NCBI GenBank assembly: GCA_018985225.1
Contig: JADGIF010000274.1
Span: 1-12,087, forward strand
DNA: 12,087 bases
Source: Amoeboradix gromovi X-113
Taxonomy: Eukaryota > Fungi > Sanchytriomycota
Direction: 5' to 3'
Shown: one piece after another, positions 1-7,733 of the stretch
Numbering within the stretch: position 1 is the stretch's first letter
Layout of the letters: the number at the start of each line of letters is the position of its first letter
The notes under the pieces: generated by a model
The model's database searches: none
Seen by the model: the letters and a program-made list of their open reading frames with translations, nothing else
Told to the model about the DNA's origin: nothing
Position numbers and translations under genes: made by a program

Positions 1-383
1 TGCATAAAAGAAATTACGTCCACATAATTCAAAAAGTGTTATAGCCACAACCGACTAGATCCTCAAGTCACGCAATCGGCTTTAGCAGATGGTGAAAGGC
101 CCAAGCCGGAGTAAAAGACGTGGTAGCAAATCATTAAACCTATCTTACTGCTGACAGAGTATGGGATACCTGTCAGAATTGCTAGTCTTTTTAACTAGGT
201 TTTCAATTGATTAAATCTCTCTCCTCTGCTTTAAAATGGCTACAAGTAGGCGTTTGAATATAATGCAGCTAGAATTGTTTTTTTAATATTCAGCTAGTAG
301 CCTACACGTCTTTGCTTGTCATTCGAAAACTTTTAAGCTTCATAGTGATCAGCCTACAGTATTTCATAAAAGCAGCAAAGATT

Positions 384-1871
384 ATGTTCAAGGAGAAAGG
401 AAAGAAACCAACGATGAGTTGGGAGAGTTTAGCGTTGCATCCCAAAATAGTTGACATGATTAAGCAACATCATGATGCACCATCATTGGTTCAGCAACAC
501 AGCATTCCACAGTTGTTGAGCAAAAAAGATGTACTTGTGGAGGCTTGCACGGGATCTGGCAAGACAAATTCTTTTATACTTCCGTGTTTACATTTTATGT
601 TAAATTCTAAAGACGATTTTGGCATAGTAATTATCTCACCTACTAGGGAACTGTCTAAGCAGACATTTGGAATATTAAAAATATATTGTGACAAATTATC
701 TCTAGAATGTGGATTAGTAACAAGTGGATGCGAACCGAGTTACCCCAAAACTAAAAGATATATTCTGGTTGCTACTCCAAAGAGGCTAATCAATGCTGTT
801 GTATCTAAAAAAGTCAATGTCAAAGTCGTACAAGTAGTGATATGTGATGAAGCGGATAGACTCGTTGATGGTACTTTTCACATCGGGTTTTCAAATTTAT
901 TAAGATTGTTTCCCAAACAGCGGTTAACAGGCCTTTATTCAGCTACGTTATGCAAAGATGACTTTTTTGTTCAGCAATTGGTTAGAAAAATGGGGATGAG
1001 AAATCCCTTTGTCGTTCGAATCAAGTCTTCTATGTCTTCAGAAAATTCCTCTTCTCCTTCCCAGCTCCAGTACAAATTGTGTTATGTGCAAAGTTTTGAG
1101 CGTATTTTAGCTCTGTTTGATATTTTATGCAAAGAAAGTAGTGATAGAATTGTTATTTTTGTGAATTCCTCTGACGGAGTCACTTACCTAACTAGGTTGT
1201 TTAAGCTCCTGTTGGAAATTGACCCAGACAACCCTTTAAAGAAGAGACAACTTCCAAAATATTTTACAAATTGGAAGGTTGCAGAGCTTTTAAAAAAATT
1301 TAATTTTATAGGAATCCATGGAAAAATGAAGTCTAGCAAGAGAGAGCAGGTTTACAACCAATTTATAAAAAAGACTGACAAGCGACAGGTTTTGATTAGC
1401 ACCGATCTTACAAGCCGTGGAATAGATTTTGATCAAGTTGATCTTGTGGTACAGTTGGATCCGCCGAGTGATCTTGCTAACATATTTCATCGTAGTGGAA
1501 GAACTGCCAGATATAACAGTCATGGGAAGAGTATTATCTGTCTGCATCCCACACAAAGCGCATTCGAATTCACCATGGAACAAAAGCAGTTAAAATGGGA
1601 GTTATTAAAATTAGAATTAACGCCTAGTATAAATTACCTTCAAAAGCTTAATGAATTTGACTGGAAGTTAAATAGCCTCGCAAAAGCAAGTGTAATTAGT
1701 TTATATGAAGCGTACAGAAATATGATCTACAAATATATATTCGACCTATCAAAACTGGATGTGTCTGAGTGGTGCATTGGTTGTGGATTGCTACAGCCCG
1801 TTTATTTAAAAGAAATCAAGAAAATAAACATTGAAGAATATAAAAAGACTATGCTTAAGTTAGTAAATTAA
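384..1871 (+). CDS. SPB4: ATP-dependent DEAD-box RNA helicase, SPB4/DDX55 subfamily (60S biogenesis); first in-frame ATG 384, alternative start 414
   Basis: Q motif (SLVQQHSIP), ACTGSGKT, SPTRELS, DEAD, SAT and HRSGRTAR. Subfamily-like FPKQRLTGLYSAT, GMRNP and IHGKMK. The ORF track's TTG start at 312 is unlikely. Confidence 0.85.
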   Translation: MFKEKGKKPTMSWESLALHPKIVDMIKQHHDAPSLVQQHSIPQLLSKKDVLVEACTGSGKTNSFILPCLHFMLNSKDDFGIVIISPTRELSKQTFGILKIYCDKLSLECGLVTSGCEPSYPKTKRYILVATPKRLINAVVSKKVNVKVVQVVICDEADRLVDGTFHIGFSNLLRLFPKQRLTGLYSATLCKDDFFVQQLVRKMGMRNPFVVRIKSSMSSENSSSPSQLQYKLCYVQSFERILALFDILCKESSDRIVIFVNSSDGVTYLTRLFKLLLEIDPDNPLKKRQLPKYFTNWKVAELLKKFNFIGIHGKMKSSKREQVYNQFIKKTDKRQVLISTDLTSRGIDFDQVDLVVQLDPPSDLANIFHRSGRTARYNSHGKSIICLHPTQSAFEFTMEQKQLKWELLKLELTPSINYLQKLNEFDWKLNSLAKASVISLYEAYRNMIYKYIFDLSKLDVSEWCIGCGLLQPVYLKEIKKINIEEYKKTMLKLVN

Positions 1872-1927
1872 TTAATCCAAGCTTCTTTGTTTCCACTGCT
1901 TCAAGAAAGTAAAGATGTCATACATTT

Positions 1928-2395
1928 GGGACACCAAATATAAAAACTAGACTAACTCACTGAGGAAATGCTATCATTAATAAAAGATCTTCTATCATAC
2001 CAATTTTCTTTCATTTATTGTATTCCTCTTTTCAAAATAAAACTAGATATGAGGTCTTTGAGCATCTAAGCAAAAGGTGCATTTTCTTAGACGGTACTCT
2101 TTTCTAGAGTCATTTTGTAATGTTATACTAGTATCATTACTCTTATCTATTTCTTTGAAGTGTAATAGTGATATTTTATTTGAAATGAAGATTGGATGAA
2201 AGAGTAAGAGAATAGCTCTACAGAATATCTATTTTTGAAATTTCGATAAAAAAAGTTATTTATTTTCCTTTTATACTCGTCAACTCCGCAAGTAGCTGAA
2301 TGTCCACTCGCCTCTTGAATCCATAAAATTAATAAAGCTGAAATAATGTGCCAAGTTGTTACAGAAAGTTAGTCCAGTTTTATATTTGATGTCCC
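1928..2395. mobile_element. MITE-like non-autonomous element, family A copy 1 (468 bp), imperfect ~30-bp TIRs
   Basis: Left end GGGACACCAAATATAAAAACTAGACTAACT; right end AGTTAGTCCAGTTTTATATTTGATGTCCC. Homologous second copy at 9278-9715. No coding capacity and no clear TSD. Confidence 0.8.
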
Positions 2396-2400
2396 TTTTG

Positions 2401-2457
2401 TTTATTTTTGAAATTTCGATACAAATTGTCTAGTCTAGTATGTACAGAGCATGTCCC
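2401..2457 (-). repeat. Terminal segment of a related repeat (family B end, GGGACATGCTCTGTA...CTAGACTAGAC)
   Basis: 2401-2456 matches the reverse complement of 12011-12066 at 54/56 nt. Confidence 0.8.
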
Positions 2458-2940
2458 AATAAATGAATATAATTCTGAACATGTCAATTCTAAATAAATA
2501 ATTAACAGGTACAGCATAAAAATACATATGATCTGATATACTTGCCATCGTTCAATACTAGTCAAATGATAAGTACCTTGTCGAGCAAGGTCGCAAGAAA
2601 TATGGCTACAGTGCCCCGTTACACATTCAAGGAACGCTTGAAGTTCAAGTGTAAACAAAGAGGAAAAACGATGGTTGAATGTAATGAAGCGGTTACTAGT
2701 CAGACATGTACAAGATGTGGTACTATAAAGAAAACCAACTTAGAGACCTACACTTGTACAAAGTGTCATTTGGAGATAGATAGAGACCACATGGCAGCAA
2801 GGAACATATACATCAAGTATATGCATCCTTGTTCAATCCCGCCTCAGGGTAGTGAAAGCGTGAGCAATCATTGTAACGGAGAAACTAGCATTAGTTTCTC
2901 TGTGGAAATTCTCGATTTTCTCGGAAATCAGGACTTTTAA
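2458..2940 (+). mobile_element. Internally deleted IS607-like Fanzor2 element, copy 1 (tnpA 5' remnant + Fanzor 3' remnant + right end); leader possibly continues at ~1882-1927
   Basis: Colinear homology to the minus strand of 8711-9165. Shared left block AATTCTGAAYATGTCA, shared Fanzor C-terminal coding region, and shared end AATCAGGACTTTTAA, after which the flanks diverge. Confidence 0.8.
2521..2940 (+). pseudogene. 5'-truncated Fanzor2/TnpB-like RNA-guided nuclease fragment (RuvC-II, zinc ribbon, RuvC-III)
   Basis: Reads NTYDLIYLPSFNTSQM...RYTFKERL...NEAVTSQTCTRCG...CTKC...DRDHMAARNI. Pro at the canonical RuvC-II site, with an alternative Glu 47 aa downstream. RuvC-I, REC and WED are absent; in-frame stop at 2503. 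Confidence 0.88.
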
Positions 2941-2960
2941 CGAGAAGTTACTGAATCTAG
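2791..2960 (+). ncRNA. Predicted Fanzor omega-RNA, copy 1 (scaffold to ~2940, putative guide from 2941; limits approximate)
   Basis: Stems 2849-2855/2868-2874, 2876-2887/2892-2903 and 2826-2833/2926-2933, with pairing preserved in copy 2. Overlap of the ORF 3' end and the right end is the known TnpB/Fanzor arrangement. Confidence 0.65.
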
Positions 2961-3437
2961 AGCATAAAGTTTTTCCAAGTATAAGATTCAAAGATTATCT
3001 TCCAAAGTTGAACAAATTCTTTGATGACATCCCTGAAGTCTCTGATATTTTACGTGAAATGTAAGATAATGAACATAATTATCAAACATAAGTTCTATAA
3101 AACTGGGCAGCAGTTATAATAAATGCTTTGATTTTTATTTATATCATATTTAATGCAAAGAAGAAATACACCAGAGCATTGCATTATTGGTGAGCTTCCA
3201 TAGAAAATGAGGACTCTGGTGTCCGCTCACAAATGTCACCAACTTTTTCAATGACACTTAAGCATCCAATATACACACCTCAACTGCAAAGGATTATTAA
3301 TGCAATAAATCAAATTTTCAGTTCATAGACGTCTGTTTAAAAATTGTGAAAGACCGATATCGCAAAGAGAATATGATAGAAAACTTATCTGGCATAAGTT
3401 GTTGGTGATAAAATATGGAGCTCGTCTTTAAAATTTT

Positions 3438-3466
3438 GTTAATCTAGTTTTTACAACGGGAGTCCC
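3438..3466 (-). repeat. Solo copy of the bipartite terminal motif (GGGACTCCCGTTGTAAAAACTAGATTAAC), 27 nt upstream of the DPH2 ATG
   Basis: Same GGGAC-N8-TAAAAACTAGA spacing as the MITE left ends. Confidence 0.6.
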
Positions 3467-3493
3467 ATCGTGTTTACTTGAAAGGATAAAACA

Positions 3494-4360
3494 ATGGATT
3501 GTGTACAAACTAAAAACAATGAAAAAATTTTGATTCTTCCGGATTGCTGCCCTAATACCAAGTATCTTTATTATAGACCGGGCGTATTAGAGATGCCTCT
3601 GAACTGCTCAACTCCTTGTAATAATATTGTATACAAGTTCAAGCCTCTAAAAGCTAATCATGAAAACGTAATTGTACACCCTATGTACGGACATCTTAAC
3701 ATTGAACACGACACCTATTATGGGCCTATTAATGACACCTTTCTTTATTACATTCAACTGCTCAAAGACGTAGCCGTTATTGAAGGAGATGAAAAAAGCG
3801 ATGTTCTTCATTTCCCTCATTTGTTTGATAAGCAGCGGTTTTTAAACAAGAGATATTCAAAAATAGATTCGTTTGATGGTTCCAACGTTTTAAACATACT
3901 TGTACTACATAATGCTTTTTTCCAACTAGCCTCACAACTACGCCAGATATTGAGGAGCATGGGATTTAAGACTTTCATAATATACATGACTGACGTTACC
4001 TTGGCTAAGTTGGGCAATATCAATGGTGATTACATCATTTTTGGATGTTTCAATAAAACACTGCACTTGTTGTACAGTGAAATTTCAAAATACTTAAATC
4101 TCTACACGGCTTGGGATATAGTCTACTGGCTTAATAAGGATTCAGAAATCAATTTTTGCAGCAAATATTATTTGAATCCGTTAGACATTCCAGTTGAATA
4201 TCTTCATGTAACTATAGAGCAAAAATCTCACTCTACTGAAATAATCAAAGCATCCTCACGTTATGGTAGCTATACAGGACTTCCTGTTACTAGTGGTAAA
4301 CCGATTTCTAAAATACAGCGTGGCAAAAGTGGAATCGCTAGCGACTATCATGAAATTTAA
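3494..4360 (+). CDS. DPH2: Diphthamide biosynthesis protein 2 (divergent, short)
   Basis: ILILPDCC near the N-terminus, VTLAKLGNI (NxAKLANF-like), and the typical C-terminus SYTGL...RGKSGIASDY. Confidence 0.75.
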   Translation: MDCVQTKNNEKILILPDCCPNTKYLYYRPGVLEMPLNCSTPCNNIVYKFKPLKANHENVIVHPMYGHLNIEHDTYYGPINDTFLYYIQLLKDVAVIEGDEKSDVLHFPHLFDKQRFLNKRYSKIDSFDGSNVLNILVLHNAFFQLASQLRQILRSMGFKTFIIYMTDVTLAKLGNINGDYIIFGCFNKTLHLLYSEISKYLNLYTAWDIVYWLNKDSEINFCSKYYLNPLDIPVEYLHVTIEQKSHSTEIIKASSRYGSYTGLPVTSGKPISKIQRGKSGIASDYHEI

Positions 4361-4377
4361 GATTTACTAATAAATAC

Positions 4378-5440
4378 TTAGTTTATATTGACGTAGTAGA
4401 ACACGTTCTCCCATAATGGTTGATAATCATCAATTAGCGTTGCGACCATACCCACTAACGGTTTGCCTTTCCATGACGACTGAATCGTATCAACATATCC
4501 CTTGGTGTATTTTTGGTAGAATGGGGATCTGACCAAATAGAGCATCAGCAAGAAGAATCTTCTGTTTTTTTCATTCTTTACCAACGTTGAGGCATCCGGC
4601 AACTTGGTATTTCTGTAGTAACAGCCAAGATCTACAAAAAGAGAGGCAATCCAAGGGGCCCATGAATTCTTACCATATTTGCGTATTAAAAGAACTAAAT
4701 AAGAGTCGAATACCATATAAAAGTGGTCTGAAGTGCGATGCAATTTCCACTGCAAAGTTAAGGCCTTTCAAACTGGGTAGAATTGACTCAGGACCACTAA
4801 CTACATTTTTTAGTGCTTTAGATCTGATGTATTCATCAAAAATGTTGTCACCGACCAAAAAATCATTGTCATACTTGGAGTCCTGTTTAATGTATCTTGT
4901 CATAGATTGCAGAGTATTATATTCATGGTTGCTACGATCGCCTTTCCAAGTAATGACTGGTTGTTCTGCCATTATGTCCTGCGGATCTGCATCTCTCCCT
5001 GGTAAATAAGGGTAAATTAGCATTCGCTGGTTGTTAAATTTAAAAAGAATAAGCTTCAAAACAAACTTAACAGATTCCACCATGGTTATAAAGTGCCACT
5101 TTGCATTCTCCGAACTTTTGCGCTGCACAATCATTTCAAAGACGGTTTCCAAATACTCAATGCTTGTAAGCAAATGTGCTAGCACATCATATTTCTTGTT
5201 TGAACACGCATAATCCATATATTTAGAATGGAGAGACTTGTTCTTGAATTTATGAGCAACCTTGCCTATTATTTTGTCATGCTTAAGCGTTATGAATCTT
5301 AACAGCATGTAGAGCATCTCACTTACAATGTCTGCATCTTTAAATCTACCAGGTAGTATGTATGATAAAGCAGTTAGTATATTTTCAATACCCTCTATTC
5401 GCTGTGCGTTGGCAAGCAGAAATTCTTCATACCAAACCAT
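4378..5440 (-). CDS. PEX16: Peroxisomal membrane protein PEX16; exons 5440-4714 and 4694-4378, 347 aa
   Basis: YEEFLLANA, LSYILPGRF, EMIV...KWHFITMVESVK, HFRPLLY|VLL, SWAPW and YLVRSPFY..YTK. Two overlapping ORFs in different frames join cleanly if one GT-AG intron is removed. Confidence 0.9.
4695..4713 (-). other. Predicted 19-nt spliceosomal intron in PEX16 (GTATTCGACTCTTATTTAG), phase 1
   Basis: GT...TAG ends. Removal gives TAT G|TT CTT and restores the PEX16-type RPLxYVL sequence with no extra residues. Confidence 0.75.
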
Positions 5441-5467
5441 TGAGATTTGATCCCTGTTTTAACGACT

Positions 5468-5625
5468 GGAACAAATTTCATAAAAACTAGAGTAACTCTT
5501 AAAAACAATGGTCTGGTACTACTTGTGTGATATAGTTCTAGGGAACTTTTTGATGGGATTTTCTAGATCTCAAAATTCTTTTTTCATCCTCTATTACCCC
5601 ATTCTATTTTCATAGAACATGTCCC
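5468..5625. repeat. 158-bp segment bounded by inverted, degenerate copies of the terminal motif, filling the gap between PEX16 and the Rpr2-like gene
   Basis: GGAACAAATTTCATAAAAACTAGAGTAACT at 5468(+) and GGGACATGTTCTATGAAAATAGA reading from 5625(-). Confidence 0.5.
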
Positions 5626-5897
5626 ACATGTATCTGGCAAAACTAGCAATGGTTTCTCCCATACAGTTGTCATCATGGTATGCACAACAACTAGACACCT
5701 TTGAGGATTTAGAGTTGTTGTTCTGTAATAAGTGCTTTTGCAGAAGGATACATGAAAATACACGCCAAAATGGAAATTTTATCGACTTAAAATGCGAGCA
5801 ATGTGGGTGGAAGTTGCGTAAAAAGTTCATCAGATTGCAAAAAGCCAATAAGAATCATCAAAAAAACAAGTTGAGAGCATTCATGAACAAATTGTAA
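5619..5897 (+). CDS. Small zinc-ribbon protein, probably RNase P/MRP subunit of the Rpr2/RPP21/Snm1 family (start 5619 or 5628)
   Basis: YLAKLA...LSSWY helix, CNKC-x19-CEQCG and a basic C-terminal tail. Stop lies 13 bp from the convergent gene's stop. Confidence 0.55.
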   Translation: MSHMYLAKLAMVSPIQLSSWYAQQLDTFEDLELLFCNKCFCRRIHENTRQNGNFIDLKCEQCGWKLRKKFIRLQKANKNHQKNKLRAFMNKL

Positions 5898-5910
5898 TTT
5901 TATTAATTAC

Positions 5911-7722
5911 TTAAACCTTCATTTTTTGATATTTTAACGTAGTCTTTGCGTTTTTAATAAATTCAAATGAATTTTCATCAAATTCTGTGAAGAACTGACC
6001 GCAGAAAAATAGAAAATCTTCGTTTGTATCCATTATCCTTATGAACTCCGATTTTAATCTACTGTCAGTTTTGACCGATACTATATTCTCTTGTGCCACG
6101 TACCTATTGCTTTGATCCGTTAGAACTATTACATTATAAAAAGGTTGATCATTTTTGTACAACAAATTTTGAACTTGCATAATTCTTTGCCAATCCAGTG
6201 ACTCTGTACAGTTCTCATCATAGTCATGCACTACCGCATAGTATTCATACTGCTCATGCCATATGACGTCACCAATATCAAATTTGCAATTGTTGTACTT
6301 CTTAACAGGCGGTAATATGTCTCTTGTTAATATCTTGTCTATAAGTACCCCAAATCTATCCATTACCGGTTCAGGCAGCATCTTCTTAAACGAATAAATT
6401 GGCGCATTTGGATTGATTCCTTTAACGGATAGCAAATCTTTCATTTTTGAAAATAGTGGTTGAAATTCGTTAGTTCTAGATTCGTTGTTATTTTTATATA
6501 TTTCCGTAATTCTAGAATAATAAAAGTCCAGAAATGTGCTGTTGAATCTGCTACCAGAGTTTTCAGTTAACTGATGAATAAGAATAAAATCTTCGCAGTA
6601 AGCAGATAGAGTTATCTCCCATATGAATTCGGGTTCCAAAATGTTCATATTGTCAGCCAGATAACAACACCAGCTACATGTGTATATGCTACTAAACCAA
6701 CTTAGTGACCTCACAGGACTTTGGCCTACGCATAGCATCAAGTTGTTCAAGCACCGCTCTACTATATATTTGACGTCTACTGGCTGCAATTGCATTTCAA
6801 ACTCATTTTCGTTTACACTTAAACTTCTCAAAATACGTAGCAAGTCAATTCTTGTGAAAAATGGAGTATCGGGCGTATAATCAAAAGGACTGATGTAGTA
6901 AATATCCGAGTTAATTGTGACAGAAAGTAAAAACTTGGTAGGAAACCCAATTAGCTTAAAATCTATTTCTAAAGCATCACCAATTAACTTGAGAAGAACT
7001 GAAAGCAAGATCGGCATTCCTTTTCGACTTGTTAGACAGTGGTGTAAGCAGGCATGATTAATAGCATTAAAGTTATCAAAGTCTACTTTGAAACCCCATT
7101 TTTTAAAGAACAAATCAAGCAAGGACAGTACTTGTTGATATAAAGGTGCAGATTTGCTAATTGCAGTCACAGCTTGTTTGATTAAATCGTCTAGCACATT
7201 GGAGTAAACACTAGCATAACTAGGATCCATATCTGGATCTGTTATAAATCCAACATAAAGGACATTAACTAGTAAATCAGAATAATCTTTGTTTATAAAA
7301 TGGTTTATGTAATGTAATCGAATACAAGTACGAGACGACTTTTTTATATAGTATTTCAGTGTCAGCTGAAGGTACTTTGGAATTGACTTCAACTTGGCAT
7401 TGCAGTATTCAATAAGGTTTAGCCCAAATGTTTGTTGAAGAAATTGAAAGTAAGGTAATACGTGAAAGGAGCTAGACATTTGCTCCCAAATCTTGAGAAT
7501 AAGCTGATTGTGCTGTCCTCTTATCAAAGATCTTTGATAGTAATCTGAATTGGTCAAGTAATCATGCTTATATGAATATAAACCCATCCATAGATGACTT
7601 TGAGATCCAGCAGCATACAATCCTTGGTTCACAAGTCTTAAAGCTAGCAAATCTGAAAACTCTAGGTATTTGAATATGATAGATATTATCTCTAAAGGAA
7701 AATCGCTAGGAAAGTTAACCAT
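5911..7722 (-). CDS. FBXO21-like protein: F-box + SirB1/transglutaminase-like + YccV/HspQ domain
   Basis: FPLEIISIIFKYL (F-box); RKGMPILLSV...IGFPTKFL (SirB1-like); FDIGDVIWH..Y.Y.AV...D and QPFYNV...RYVAQENI (YccV). First ATG is at 7722. Confidence 0.85.
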   Translation of the reverse strand: MVNFPSDFPLEIISIIFKYLEFSDLLALRLVNQGLYAAGSQSHLWMGLYSYKHDYLTNSDYYQRSLIRGQHNQLILKIWEQMSSSFHVLPYFQFLQQTFGLNLIEYCNAKLKSIPKYLQLTLKYYIKKSSRTCIRLHYINHFINKDYSDLLVNVLYVGFITDPDMDPSYASVYSNVLDDLIKQAVTAISKSAPLYQQVLSLLDLFFKKWGFKVDFDNFNAINHACLHHCLTSRKGMPILLSVLLKLIGDALEIDFKLIGFPTKFLLSVTINSDIYYISPFDYTPDTPFFTRIDLLRILRSLSVNENEFEMQLQPVDVKYIVERCLNNLMLCVGQSPVRSLSWFSSIYTCSWCCYLADNMNILEPEFIWEITLSAYCEDFILIHQLTENSGSRFNSTFLDFYYSRITEIYKNNNESRTNEFQPLFSKMKDLLSVKGINPNAPIYSFKKMLPEPVMDRFGVLIDKILTRDILPPVKKYNNCKFDIGDVIWHEQYEYYAVVHDYDENCTESLDWQRIMQVQNLLYKNDQPFYNVIVLTDQSNRYVAQENIVSVKTDSRLKSEFIRIMDTNEDFLFFCGQFFTEFDENSFEFIKNAKTTLKYQKMKV

Positions 7723-7733
7723 TGTGTGAAACG

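Noticed and set aside
1-134. Minus-strand gene start with a 17-nt intron (GTGACTTGAGGATCTAG)
   Set aside because: The frame can be opened, but the peptide is unrecognisable and the window truncates it.
1863-1881. Second 19-nt GT..AG intron that would extend SPB4
   Set aside because: The extension has no recognisable SPB4 similarity and runs into the MITE; the ORF ends acceptably at 1871.
1919-2466. Target-site duplications around the MITEs
   Set aside because: Best matches are about 5/9 here and 4/8 at 9278-9715/9742; not significant in AT-rich DNA.
2466-2472. Left end at AATTCTGAA with an AA core and a TRYAA TAM (TATAA versus TGCAA)
   Set aside because: The block translates as the tnpA-like N-terminus and homology continues upstream, so it is not the element end. 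No TAM can be called.
3204-3230. Hammerhead-like TGA-GGAC...GTCC-G
   Set aside because: Lacks the CTGANGA and GAAA core residues.
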